Origin: Candidatus Poribacteria bacterium
GTDB taxonomy: Bacteria > Poribacteria > WGA-4E > PCPOR2b
Assembly: GCA_965116925.1 (NCBI GenBank)
Contig: OZ220744.1
Coordinates: 5,376,001 to 5,440,000 of the forward strand
Direction of reading: 5' to 3'
Length of the DNA: 64,000 bases
In this document: positions 19,055 through 29,354 of the stretch, piece by piece
How the letters are laid out: every line of letters starts with the position of its first letter
How positions within the stretch are numbered: the first letter of the stretch is position 1
Position numbers and translations under genes: made by a program
The notes under the pieces: generated by a model
What the model saw: the letters and a program-made list of their open reading frames with translations, nothing else
Told to the model about the DNA's origin: nothing
Database searches by the model: none

Positions 19055-19972
19055 ATGAAAATACAACACCTCGTAATACTGTTTTGTCTAACTGCATCAA
19101 TCGTCACTGCACAACCTATAGAGGTAACGGATGCACATGGTAAAACCGTTGTTATTCACTCAGCCGAGCGCATTGTTTCGCTCAATGGCAGTACCACCGA
19201 GATTCTCTTTGCGCTTGATGTCGGCACAAACGTTGTCGGATGCGATGCCTCCTCCACCTATCCAAAACATGCCATAGAAACGTTACCGTCGGTCGGCTAT
19301 CAGTACCGGCTCAACGCAGAGGGCATTCTTTCCTTGAGACCAACACTGGTGATTGGACGAGCGGACGTGAAGCCGCCTCAAGTTATCGAGCAGCTACGGA
19401 TGGCAGGCGTAACGGTGCTGTTGTTCAAAGAGCCGAGAACTTTCGACGAAACCAAGCAACGCCTACGCACGATTGGAAAAGCGGTTGGTCGTCAAGAGCG
19501 GGCAACAGCATTAATCTCAGTCCTAGAGAAAGACATCGAAACCCTGAAATCGAAACTTACCGCCCGTCAGGAGCAGCCAAAACTCAAGGCGTTGTTCCTT
19601 TATCTCCGAGGTCCGCAAACTGCTTTTGTGCTTGGCAGAGATTCAGGTCCGGGTGCGATGCTTGAACTGGTCGGTATAACCAATGCCGCAGGAAAAATCA
19701 AAGGAACCAAGCCGATGACAGCGGAGGCGGTTATCGCCGCACAGCCGGATGTATATGTGCTGTTTGAATCAGGGTTGAAATCGATCGGTGGGGTCGAAGG
19801 GTTGCTTAAAGTTCCCGGTTTAGCACAAACACCCGCTGGACGGGCTAAGCGTGTGGTTGCGATGGATGGGTTGTATTTGTCGGGGTTCGGTCCCCGTTGT
19901 GGCAAAGCAGCCCTTGACCTATTTCGGGGCATCTATGAGTCTGAAGGACATTTTATTGCAAAGGGGGAATAG
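19055..19972 (+). CDS. hmuT: heme ABC transporter substrate-binding protein
   Basis: RIVSLNGSTTEILFAL, VGYQYRLNAEGILSLRP, GFGPR. Confidence 0.85.
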   Translation: MKIQHLVILFCLTASIVTAQPIEVTDAHGKTVVIHSAERIVSLNGSTTEILFALDVGTNVVGCDASSTYPKHAIETLPSVGYQYRLNAEGILSLRPTLVIGRADVKPPQVIEQLRMAGVTVLLFKEPRTFDETKQRLRTIGKAVGRQERATALISVLEKDIETLKSKLTARQEQPKLKALFLYLRGPQTAFVLGRDSGPGAMLELVGITNAAGKIKGTKPMTAEAVIAAQPDVYVLFESGLKSIGGVEGLLKVPGLAQTPAGRAKRVVAMDGLYLSGFGPRCGKAALDLFRGIYESEGHFIAKGE

Positions 19973-20024
19973 CCTCCTTCAGTTTGCAATCAACTCTAAC
20001 ACACTGTGTAACAATCGGTAGACC

Positions 20025-21023
20025 ATGCCAAATCGAGCCAAAATTCTTCTTATCCTCGGTAGTTTACTCCCAATTTCGCTCTGCGTTGCAGCGGGTGTAG
20101 GAGCATATCAGATCCTACCGTGGCGCATCCCTAGCATATTGCTTTTCCACAAAGATGGGTTTGAAGTGCTGCTATACGTCCGATTTCCCCGCGTCCTCTT
20201 ATCCGCAATTGTTGGATCCGTTTTAGCCATCTCCGGCGCAACGCTGCAGGGCATCTTCCGCAATCCACTGGCGGATCCCGGGTTAATCGGTGTAACGGCG
20301 GGCGCAGGCCTCGGCGCAGCGATCTGGATTGTGCTAATCGGAGGCGGATTTTTGGGTATCTGGGGTGTACCGGTCGCGGCATTCGCCGGTGGGGTACTTG
20401 TGACGATCGGTGTCTGGCAAATCGCTCAAACGCAAGGACGGGTTCTCACAGTGACGTTATTACTCGCTGGAATAGCACTCAACAGTTTCGCAGGTGCGGG
20501 CATTGGCTTGATGACCTTTCTGGCTGACGAGGAACAGCTTCGGAGTCTTACCTTCTGGCTGCTCGGCGGCTTCGGAGGAGCGACATGGCGGACGGTTGTG
20601 GTTACGCTCCCGGTGGCGACCGTCGGAGCGATTGTGTTATTTCGTTTGGCTCGTGCACTCAATGCCATGAGCCTAGGCGAATCAGAAGCATATCATCTTG
20701 GGGTTTCGACTGAGTCCCTGAAGCGATGGGCGGTTTTTGGGGTAGCGTTGACTGTTGGTGCTGCCGTATCGGCGGCGGGGGGCATCGGTTTTGTAGGACT
20801 GGTCGTACCGCACCTACTTCGTCTCATGGGTGGTGCCGATCATCGGTATCTGCTGTCCGGGTCGGCGTTAGGGGGTGCGATTCTGCTTGTGTTGGCAGAT
20901 CTTTTTGCCCGAACCGTTGCAGTCCCTGCCGAACTGCCTGTTGGCGTTGTTACCGCATTGCTTGGGGGACCATTTTTCCTCTGGCTATTGATGAGATTTA
21001 AGAAAGAGGTGGTGTATGGTTGA
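20025..21023 (+). CDS. hmuU: FecCD-family heme ABC permease
   Basis: RFPR..LQGIFRNPLADP, IGFVGLVVPH, ELPVG..GGPFF. Confidence 0.9.
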   Translation: MPNRAKILLILGSLLPISLCVAAGVGAYQILPWRIPSILLFHKDGFEVLLYVRFPRVLLSAIVGSVLAISGATLQGIFRNPLADPGLIGVTAGAGLGAAIWIVLIGGGFLGIWGVPVAAFAGGVLVTIGVWQIAQTQGRVLTVTLLLAGIALNSFAGAGIGLMTFLADEEQLRSLTFWLLGGFGGATWRTVVVTLPVATVGAIVLFRLARALNAMSLGESEAYHLGVSTESLKRWAVFGVALTVGAAVSAAGGIGFVGLVVPHLLRLMGGADHRYLLSGSALGGAILLVLADLFARTVAVPAELPVGVVTALLGGPFFLWLLMRFKKEVVYG

Positions 21024-21867
21024 ACTGGAAGGTGTTGGATATCGCATCGGTCAGAAATGGCTTGTCCGCAATATTGACTTGAAAATTGAGGCGGGAGAGT
21101 TTTGGATTTTCGTCGGACCAAATGGCGCAGGTAAATCAACACTTTTGCGTCTCATCTCCGGGGAACTTTCACCGACAACGGGACAGATTCGATTTTTCGG
21201 CGAATTAATCGACGAATACTCGCCACAAGAATTAGCGCGGAAACGCGCCTATCTCCAACAGAAGCGGGATGTCAACTTCCCATTCCGTGCATCGGAGATT
21301 GTCTTGCTCGGACGCCATCCGCATCTCAACGGTGCAAAAGAGACTCCCACAGATTTAGCAATTGCGTGGGAAGCGATGAAACAGATGCAAGCCGATATGT
21401 TTGCCGAACGCCTGTATCCGACGCTGTCGGGCGGGGAAGCGTCTCGCGTTGATCTTGCCCGTATCCTTGCACAAGAACCGAGATTGTTTCTGCTGGACGA
21501 ACCAACAAATCATCTCGACCCTCGCTATCAGGTCCAGATCCTCCGCTTGTGCAGTTTAATTGCACAATCAGGCAGAACGGTCATTGCTGCGATTCACGAT
21601 CTGAATCTGGCGTCAATGTATGCCGAGCAGGTGCTTATGTTGCGGAAGGGAACCCCTATTGCTGTTGGAACTCCCAAATTCATTTTTACACCGCAACAGT
21701 TGGAAGCGGTTTACGATGTGCCTTTTGAAGTGATGCAACTTTCGAGCGGACAACTAGTTGTTATACCGCTTTCCTCCGATTGCGTACCCAGAACCGGCGG
21801 ATTGAGGAGTGTATCAAAACTGTCACCCTCAAAGCATAGTTCATCAAGGACCACAGCGGCTGGATAG
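21016..21867 (+). CDS. hmuV: heme ABC transporter ATPase
   Basis: GPNGAGKST, YPTLSGGE, LLDEPT, HDLNLA. Confidence 0.9.
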   Translation: MVELEGVGYRIGQKWLVRNIDLKIEAGEFWIFVGPNGAGKSTLLRLISGELSPTTGQIRFFGELIDEYSPQELARKRAYLQQKRDVNFPFRASEIVLLGRHPHLNGAKETPTDLAIAWEAMKQMQADMFAERLYPTLSGGEASRVDLARILAQEPRLFLLDEPTNHLDPRYQVQILRLCSLIAQSGRTVIAAIHDLNLASMYAEQVLMLRKGTPIAVGTPKFIFTPQQLEAVYDVPFEVMQLSSGQLVVIPLSSDCVPRTGGLRSVSKLSPSKHSSSRTTAAG

Positions 21868-21902
21868 ATGTTGTATAGCGTTGTCGGACTAACTCATATA
21901 CA

Positions 21903-22520
21903 TCAATCGAAATATTCATCCTCCCTAAACTTTGTCCACGACTGAAATACAGGGAACGGTGAGGGCAAGATCTTATCAGGATCATTCAATTTGAACGATA
22001 TTTTTTCATCATCGAAAACCTCCCTGATCGAAATAGAGATCCCCGACGTTTCAATACAATTTTTACATTGAGTCGGCAGTATTCTCTCTGAACTCGGTTC
22101 GTTGAAATAGATCTTGATCTCCGAATCGTTTTCCGCCTTTTCAACGCGGTAATCCCCTGTGAAAATTTCCCACTCGTTGATCGCGTGATTACCCTCGGCG
22201 TATTGTGCCCAAAGTCTTACTCCGTCAAAGAAATCTAGAACAACCCCTTTTCTCGGACTAGCGTCTATATCGTCAGGCTCAAATTGACGGAATGACCGAT
22301 CTTTCAACGTCATCTTTATCTCTACTTCTTCCATTTCGCTAACCGGGTGAAATGGTCCCTCACCGCACGAACTCCAGATAAGCAGAGCGAATACGAGAAA
22401 AATTGATGCCAACCCTGCATAAATCTGACGGTTGAGATATCCGTGTTTGATCCTCATCTTGTGATCCAAAGTAGAACGATCCTGTAGCGTTAGGCGGGTG
22501 GATACAGTGATGGATGACAT
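21903..22520 (-). CDS. hypothetical (lipo)protein
   Basis: RBS GGAGG before ATG 22520; hydrophobic segment ending WSSC. Confidence 0.6.
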   Translation of the reverse strand: MSSITVSTRLTLQDRSTLDHKMRIKHGYLNRQIYAGLASIFLVFALLIWSSCGEGPFHPVSEMEEVEIKMTLKDRSFRQFEPDDIDASPRKGVVLDFFDGVRLWAQYAEGNHAINEWEIFTGDYRVEKAENDSEIKIYFNEPSSERILPTQCKNCIETSGISISIREVFDDEKISFKLNDPDKILPSPFPVFQSWTKFREDEYFD

Positions 22521-22841
22521 AGTTCCCTCCATTATCTGAGAACAGCTGCTTAGGATTAGTATTTGGTTGAAAGTATAACACACCCTGTAATGCCTATCCA
22601 GCATGTTTTCCAATGCTGATTTGGACATGAAGACAACCGTATAACAAACTGTGTCGTCGTTTGAATACTACAAGAAGTGCCAACGTTCCAGCAGTTAGAA
22701 TCAGTTTACAATTCATCCAATTGCCAACTAAATCTATGACATCATTCGACAAATATGATATAATAAAAGTGGTTTGATAATCCTTGCGTAGGTCTATTCT
22801 TCAATTTTTCAGAACGAACCGATCGAAAGGAGATAATCGCC

Positions 22842-24107
22842 ATGAATCTTTCACACCTCAGCACCAATCTCACACCTCTTCTCGCCGCGATTGTAACACT
22901 TTCACTGTTCTTATCGCCATACACCATCGCTCAAGACACCACATGCACTTTATCCGGTCGCGTTGTTGATGTAGAAGGAAACCCGCTTGTCAACCTTCCG
23001 ATACTGATTCAGTCATTTGCAATCGTTGATGGTTGGCTGGAATCAACCCATCTTCTAAGGGATTTTATGCCAGAAGCTTATGTCCCTCCACTTATATCGC
23101 ACACCGATGCAGCGGGGCGATTTTCTGTTACGGGAATCAAGCCTGGTCCCATTCAGTTCGTAGCACACCCCACCTATCTGCCCGCTGATGAACCGCTATC
23201 ATCAGACCTCGCTCCGGATGTTGAGGTTTTATCCATCGCAATTGGAGCGATAACCTTCTACCCGCCTTACGCGAAGCATCCCCCTTTTGGTGGGATCACA
23301 TTTGCCATTGAACCGGGCGTACATCTCGAAAATGTAGAGGTTAGGGTGAAGCCACGGATGCGCATTCGGGGGCAAATCGTTTTTGCAGACGGAACCCCCC
23401 TTGCTAATGCAGAGATTCATACCAGTATGCGACGACGAGATCTTGATGGACAGGGCAGAGGTAGTTCGAGCGGTGGATCACGGACGGATGATGCGGGCTA
23501 CTTTGTGGAATATGTGGATGAGTCTGGGTTCTATACAGTTGCGGTCGAGTTTCAGGGACTTTCAGTAACCTCGGAGGAATTTGTCGTTGAAGCTGACCAA
23601 AGATACGATAGTCTGGTCTTAACACTCAATAGCGAGCCGGTTCCCTTCGAGGCACTTCCCGAGGGGATGGAGTTCGATAACACGGGACAATGGGTGGTAA
23701 ATCCCTCGAACAATCACAGTTACAAACGCGTCTATTGCGAAAGTTGGGACGATGCCCAAGCGAAAGCTATTGCCGAAGATGCACATCTGGTCGCGATTAA
23801 CGATGCGGCAGAGCAGCAGTGGCTAGTGAAGTTTTTTGGCACCGCTCCCTGTTGGATCGGGCTAACCGACCTTGCCAAGGAGGGTGAATGGGGTTGGACG
23901 AGCGGTGAGCCGCTCACCTATTTCAACTGGGCATTCCATAAACTGATAGACGCCGACAGGGGCGATGAGGACTATGTCTTCATGGGGCTTTCACCGGACG
24001 GGAGATGGCATAAAGTTGGTCCGCAAAGCCCCGAATGGCAGATGCCCCGAATGACCATCCTCGAAAGGAAGGTTTTGCCCCCCAAACCGTCGGCGGAAGA
24101 GAAGTAG
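22842..24107 (+). CDS. secreted carboxypeptidase-regulatory-like repeat + C-type lectin domain protein
   Basis: signal peptide; LSGRVVD..G.P and TD..G.F repeats; HLVAIND, WIGLTD..EGEW.W..GEP.TY.NW. Confidence 0.85.
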   Translation: MNLSHLSTNLTPLLAAIVTLSLFLSPYTIAQDTTCTLSGRVVDVEGNPLVNLPILIQSFAIVDGWLESTHLLRDFMPEAYVPPLISHTDAAGRFSVTGIKPGPIQFVAHPTYLPADEPLSSDLAPDVEVLSIAIGAITFYPPYAKHPPFGGITFAIEPGVHLENVEVRVKPRMRIRGQIVFADGTPLANAEIHTSMRRRDLDGQGRGSSSGGSRTDDAGYFVEYVDESGFYTVAVEFQGLSVTSEEFVVEADQRYDSLVLTLNSEPVPFEALPEGMEFDNTGQWVVNPSNNHSYKRVYCESWDDAQAKAIAEDAHLVAINDAAEQQWLVKFFGTAPCWIGLTDLAKEGEWGWTSGEPLTYFNWAFHKLIDADRGDEDYVFMGLSPDGRWHKVGPQSPEWQMPRMTILERKVLPPKPSAEEK

Positions 24108-24289
24108 CTAAAGCCTCGATCAATTCAAAGGCAATGGGGTTCTGAGTGCCGAATCCCCCGAACAGAGCCAATTGGTGAATTTGCATTGAAAGCTCTATCT
24201 GCAACGGCGGACAGGGTTATCCGACTAAAAATCCTACGAATATGAGGCACTGAGCACTCGACTACGTAAGTCACAAAGGAGATTCTACC

Positions 24290-26176
24290 ATGAAAGTAAT
24301 TTCAGTGTTACTTACGCTTTTTATTCTATCCTCATCCAATGCGTCTCCTGAAGATCCCTCGCAATGGGGTTTGCCTCAAGGGGTTAAAGTACGCCTCGGA
24401 AAAGGCGCGATAACTGGTCAAATACGGTATTCTCCCGACGGCACTCGGCTTGCAGTCGGTAGCGGGATCGGTGTTTGGCTCTACGATATAGCGACATTTC
24501 AAGAGGTCAACCTACTCACAGGACATTCAGGGGGTATTTTAGATATTGCATTCAGTCCAGATGGCTTGATGCTGGCAAGCGCGAGTTGGGACAAAACCAT
24601 TCGCCTGTGGAAGGCAGACACCGGTACACACCTGCATACACTGGAGGGACATATGTCGGGTGTCAGCAATGTTGTATTCAGTCCGGATGGGAGTACGCTG
24701 ACAAGTGCAAGTTGGGACGAGACTATCCGCCTGTGGAATCCGGGAACAGGTGAACATCTACGAACATTAGAGCCGGATATGTCGAAGATCAGCGGTGTCG
24801 CATTCAGCCCGGATGGGAGTACGCTGGCAGCTTGGAGTCGGGACAAAACCCTCCATTTGTGGAATGCCACGACAGGTGAACATCTGCACACACTTGAGGA
24901 GCCTACGGTAGATGTCACTAGTGCTGCCTTCAGTCCAGATGGTTTAACGCTAGTAGGTGGGAGTTGGGGCGATGGCATTCATGTTTGGAATGCGATGACA
25001 GGTATCCACTTGGAAACACTAGGAGAGGGAACATCTAGGGTCAAGAGTGTTGTGTTCAGCCCGGATGGAAGCACGCTGGCAAGCGGTCATAGCGACGATG
25101 GAATCCATTTATGGGACGCCACGACGGGAATGTATCTGCGGGAATTGAAAGGGCATACAGGTTGGGTCAACAGTATAACCTTCAGTCCAGACGGCAGTAG
25201 GATTGTCAGCGGGAGTTCGGACGGCACCATCCGTCTCTGGAATGTGGCAACGGGTGCATCTCTCAGAACACTGGAGGGACATTTAGATACCATCTATGAC
25301 ATTGCTTTCAGCCCGGATGGCGCAACGCTAGCCAGCGCGAGTAGAGGAGAGACTGTCCGTCTGTGGGATGCTGTGACCGGAACGATCAAACAGATCCTAG
25401 TGGAGGATTGGTCGCGGTTCCACAGTGTTATCTTTAGTCCGGATGGTTCTATGCTAGCAAGTGCGACTGACTACCATACTATTCACCTTTGGAATCCCAA
25501 AACAGGTGCACCGTTCCGAATCCTGACAAACGATAACGGACGTGACTACAGTATCGCGTTCAGTCCGGATGGTAATACACTCGCAAGTTGGAACGGCGAC
25601 ACCACCATCCAACTGTGGAATCCCAAGACCGGCATGCAGCTCCGAACACTACACTGGGAGACCTCTGCCCCCCCTCGCATCGCGTACAAACCGGCTGCCA
25701 GCACGACCCTCGCGTTCAGTCCGGATAACGCCACACTCGCAAGTGGAAGTAACAACCTGAGCGATCCTAACGTCCGTCTTTGGAATGTAGCAACAGGCGC
25801 ACACGAGCGAACATTGGAGGGCCATAAAGCGGATATCACCAGCGTTGCTTTTAGCCCGGATGGAAGTACCCTTGCCAGCGGCAGTGGCGACCATACCGTT
25901 CGTATTTGGGATGCCCGGACAGGGACTCCCCGTTGGACCCTAGAGGGACATAAGACAGGCATTTCGAGTATCGCCTTCAGCCCGGACGGAAGCATACTCG
26001 CAAGCGCGGATGGCGACAGCATTATCCACTTATGGGATGCTACAACTGGAGCACATCGCCAAACCCTGAAGGGGCATACATCATACATCACTAGTGTCGT
26101 CTTCAACTCAAATGGGAGTATACTGGCAAGTGGGAGTTACGATGGCACGGTGCTTCTGTGGGATCTTGCCCGTTAA
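24290..26176 (+). CDS. secreted WD40-repeat protein
   Basis: about 13-14 GH...FSPDG..LAS.S.D.TIRLW repeats; signal peptide. Confidence 0.93.
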   Translation: MKVISVLLTLFILSSSNASPEDPSQWGLPQGVKVRLGKGAITGQIRYSPDGTRLAVGSGIGVWLYDIATFQEVNLLTGHSGGILDIAFSPDGLMLASASWDKTIRLWKADTGTHLHTLEGHMSGVSNVVFSPDGSTLTSASWDETIRLWNPGTGEHLRTLEPDMSKISGVAFSPDGSTLAAWSRDKTLHLWNATTGEHLHTLEEPTVDVTSAAFSPDGLTLVGGSWGDGIHVWNAMTGIHLETLGEGTSRVKSVVFSPDGSTLASGHSDDGIHLWDATTGMYLRELKGHTGWVNSITFSPDGSRIVSGSSDGTIRLWNVATGASLRTLEGHLDTIYDIAFSPDGATLASASRGETVRLWDAVTGTIKQILVEDWSRFHSVIFSPDGSMLASATDYHTIHLWNPKTGAPFRILTNDNGRDYSIAFSPDGNTLASWNGDTTIQLWNPKTGMQLRTLHWETSAPPRIAYKPAASTTLAFSPDNATLASGSNNLSDPNVRLWNVATGAHERTLEGHKADITSVAFSPDGSTLASGSGDHTVRIWDARTGTPRWTLEGHKTGISSIAFSPDGSILASADGDSIIHLWDATTGAHRQTLKGHTSYITSVVFNSNGSILASGSYDGTVLLWDLAR

Positions 26177-26284
26177 CGGTATGAACCCCATTGTAAAGAT
26201 ACTTAGAACTCACGCACTTCGGTGAGCCTAGTGAATTATGTTCACCGACGACGAATCGCTGAACTAACAAGTGCGTATCGTTTA

Positions 26285-26399
26285 TGGTGAAAAATGGATA
26301 GACATTAATTGTAGTAGGCACACTCCGTGTGCCGTAACTCTGCGAACCCCGATCTATTAGGGCTCGTTCATAGTGTCCAATTAATTCTAAGATCTACCA
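26285..26399. mobile_element. IS630-derived MITE (115 bp) with TA TSD and internal REP
   Basis: TA|TGGTGA...AATTCTAAGATCTACCA|TA; right end matches IS630 at 52107; contains GTAGGCACACTCCGTGTGCC. Confidence 0.7.
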
Positions 26400-26458
26400 T
26401 AATTGTGTAATTCCTTATCACCTACCACAACCATCCCATCCAAAAGGAGATATTTACC

Positions 26459-27670
26459 ATGAACCGTTCATGTTTCACATCCAACCCACTATCTATCACC
26501 ACGATTGTAGTCCTTCTATTTGGAACATTGCCATATAGTAATGCCCAAGAAGCCACGAGCACTCTATCCGGTCGTGTTATTGGTGTTGATGGTAATCCGA
26601 TTGCTGGGATTTCGATAGCGATTCAGCCATCTGAAACCTTCGATGGTATGGAACGACAAGAGCCCTTCTTTGTACTGCCATCACAAACCGATGACGCAGG
26701 ACGTTTCTCCATCGTGAATATTACTCCGGTTTCAGTCCAATTGGTTGTACTACCCTACGATGCACCTGACCATGAGATACTATCTGTCAAAATGGGACTG
26801 GTGACTGTCTATCAGCTAGAACAGCCGCCTTTTGGTGGTATCGCGTTTGCCGTCAAGCCGGGGACACACATTGAGAATGTTGAAGTCATAGTGAAACCTC
26901 GGATGCGTATTCGAGGCCGAGTTGTTTTTGCCGACGGAACACCCCTTGCCAAGGCGAGGATTCGGATCGATACACGCCGTGGTTCTCTTGATGGGCAGGG
27001 CAGCGGGAGGTCAAGCGGAGGGTATCAGACGGATGATGCAGGGTACTTTATAAAATATGTGGATTCACCTGGACTCTACACAGTAACGGTGAGTCAGCAG
27101 GGACTTTCAGCAACAGCAGAACCATTCGTGCTTGAGGAGGACGAAAGAAAGGACGATGTGGTCTTCACCTTCGAGTCTGAACCAATTTCCACCGATGCAC
27201 CCCTTGATCGAGTAGAGGCGTCAACCTCATCGGCACCGGGCGAGGGAATGTGGGTGGTCAATCCGGCAAATGGACACGCTTACAAAAGCATCCGTTGCGA
27301 GGGATGGAACGATGCGAACAACCAAGCAGCCACCGAAGATGCGTATCTGGTCGCCATTAATGACGAAGCGGAGCAGAAGTGGCTCTCGGAAATCTTTGGA
27401 TCCCGCCCCTATTGGATTGGTCTGACCGACCTTGCCAAGGAGGGTGAATGGGTTTGGACAAACGGTGAGCCGGTTACCTACACTAACTGGAGACAACCCT
27501 ATGAACCGATGGACGCCGATAGGGGCGACGAAGACCACGTCTTCATGGGGCATTCACCAATTGGGGAATGGTCTGACGTTAGCCCCGACGACGGTGCATG
27601 GCGGTCTGTCCGAATGGCTATCATTGAAAAAGACAATCCCCCCGGCAAAACGCCGACGAAAGAGAAATAA
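26459..27670 (+). CDS. secreted carboxypeptidase-regulatory-like repeat + C-type lectin domain protein (paralog of 22842)
   Basis: same architecture; YWIGLTD, NW..EP, GEWSDV. Confidence 0.85.
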   Translation: MNRSCFTSNPLSITTIVVLLFGTLPYSNAQEATSTLSGRVIGVDGNPIAGISIAIQPSETFDGMERQEPFFVLPSQTDDAGRFSIVNITPVSVQLVVLPYDAPDHEILSVKMGLVTVYQLEQPPFGGIAFAVKPGTHIENVEVIVKPRMRIRGRVVFADGTPLAKARIRIDTRRGSLDGQGSGRSSGGYQTDDAGYFIKYVDSPGLYTVTVSQQGLSATAEPFVLEEDERKDDVVFTFESEPISTDAPLDRVEASTSSAPGEGMWVVNPANGHAYKSIRCEGWNDANNQAATEDAYLVAINDEAEQKWLSEIFGSRPYWIGLTDLAKEGEWVWTNGEPVTYTNWRQPYEPMDADRGDEDHVFMGHSPIGEWSDVSPDDGAWRSVRMAIIEKDNPPGKTPTKEK

Positions 27671-27677
27671 TTCTGAT

Positions 27678-29177
27678 TTGAAAACCCAAGTACTTCGTTT
27701 CACACTTATCCTATTGAGCAGTCTCACCCTTTCCGCGCTCACTACGATTTCCATCGCCCAAACTCAAGATTATTCGCGGGTGAACCTACCCGACAGCGCC
27801 ATTATCCGTTTGGGGAAAGGCGGGGTGAGCTACGAGGATCGAGGGATCGCCTTTTCGCCCGATGGAAATCGCCTCGCAGTGGCGACCAGCATTGGGATTT
27901 GGCTTTACGATACAGAGACCTTCGATGAACTCGCACTACTGACAGCAGGACATACGGGAGAGGTTACCGCTGTGGCGTTCTCACCCGACGGCACAAAAAT
28001 CGCTGTGGGAGCAGATAAGGGTGTCAAACTGTTAGACATCTTGACCGAAAAACACATTGATTTACTCGGGGCAATGTGGAACCAATCTGTTGCCTTCTCA
28101 CCCGATGGCAAAACACTCGCTACAGCGTCAGGGGCTGGTGTCAGACTGTGGGAGGTCTTGACAGGAAAAAGTCTGATCGGCCTACAAAGACATCCGCGGA
28201 TAGTCTATGCTATAGCTTTCTCCCCTGATGGATTGACCCTCGCCTCAAATTCGTGGAGCGGAATTGAAATATGGGAAATTACAACAGGACAACGTATCGC
28301 CACACTTGGACAACCACCGAGTTTGGCTCTTTCTCTCGCATACTCGCCTGATGGCACAAAAATCGTTTCGGGGTCATACAATCAGAGAAGTACTGAGCAT
28401 ACGGTCAGACTATGGGAGGTTTCAACAGGAAAAAATCTCGCTACTTTACCCGGACATACGGGATTTGTAACCGCTGTCGCATACTCACGAGATGGCACAC
28501 TGCTCGCTTCTGGATCAGAGGATAAGACCGTCAAACTGTGGGAGGTCGAGACGGGACAAAATCTTGCAACACTGCAAGGGCACGGGAAAACAATCAATTC
28601 CATTGCGTTTTCGCCGGATGGCACAAAAATCGCCTCAGGGTCAGACGATAGAACAATTCGACTGTGGCAGATTCCAACAGGGCAAACACTTTACACACTC
28701 AGCGAGGAAACCCTCAATAAACCTCAGATCGACGACGAGGTTGGTACTAAGACCGAACGTTTTATGAGTCGGGTCGCATCGGTTGCGTTTTCGCCGGATG
28801 GTCTAATCCTCGCTTCGCTGGATGAAGACGTAGGCGGAGGCTTGGATAGAGAGGCAATCAAGCTGTGGGATGTCGGGACGGGACAATTTCTCGCAACACT
28901 CACAGACGGAACGGATTTCCCGGGCTTTGCTGTTGCATTTTCACCGGATGGTACAAAACTCGCCTCCGGATCGTGGGCTGATACAGTTGAGTTGTGGGAG
29001 ATTTCAACACGAAAACATATCGCCAGATTCTCAGGACATACCGGCAACGTCAACGTTGTAGCGTTCTCCCCTGACAGCACAAAAATCGCTTCAGGCTCAT
29101 ACGATGGGACCGTTCTGGTATGGAATATAGCGCCGGACAATGACCGAACCTCCAACTATGGTGAATTAGAGAAATAA
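27678..29177 (+). CDS. secreted WD40-repeat protein
   Basis: TTG start inferred from paralog 29355; FSPDG repeats; last 6 aa derive from a MITE. Confidence 0.88.
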   Translation: MKTQVLRFTLILLSSLTLSALTTISIAQTQDYSRVNLPDSAIIRLGKGGVSYEDRGIAFSPDGNRLAVATSIGIWLYDTETFDELALLTAGHTGEVTAVAFSPDGTKIAVGADKGVKLLDILTEKHIDLLGAMWNQSVAFSPDGKTLATASGAGVRLWEVLTGKSLIGLQRHPRIVYAIAFSPDGLTLASNSWSGIEIWEITTGQRIATLGQPPSLALSLAYSPDGTKIVSGSYNQRSTEHTVRLWEVSTGKNLATLPGHTGFVTAVAYSRDGTLLASGSEDKTVKLWEVETGQNLATLQGHGKTINSIAFSPDGTKIASGSDDRTIRLWQIPTGQTLYTLSEETLNKPQIDDEVGTKTERFMSRVASVAFSPDGLILASLDEDVGGGLDREAIKLWDVGTGQFLATLTDGTDFPGFAVAFSPDGTKLASGSWADTVELWEISTRKHIARFSGHTGNVNVVAFSPDSTKIASGSYDGTVLVWNIAPDNDRTSNYGELEK

Positions 29178-29326
29178 GTGGACATTTTCCAACAACTTCA
29201 ACCTGCGCGAAGTGTCCAAAGTCCCCCTGACAAGAGTTTCCCCCTGATAAGGGGGACTAAGGGGGTTAGGAGATTTAGGGGGTTAGCTGTGCATCGGAAG
29301 TGTCTAAGTAATTCTAAAATCTACCA
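29159..29326. mobile_element. IS630-derived MITE (168 bp) with TA TSD
   Basis: TA|TGGTGAATTAGAGAAATAAGTGGACATT ... GTAATTCTAAAATCTACCA|TA; both ends resemble IS630 at 51202-52107. Confidence 0.85.
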
Positions 29327-29354
29327 TAAAGTTGCGAAAAAGAAACATAAACCA

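Noticed and set aside
22842..27670. Diversity-generating retroelement targeting the C-type lectin domains
   Set aside because: No reverse transcriptase or non-coding template repeat in the window, and paralog differences are not adenine-restricted.
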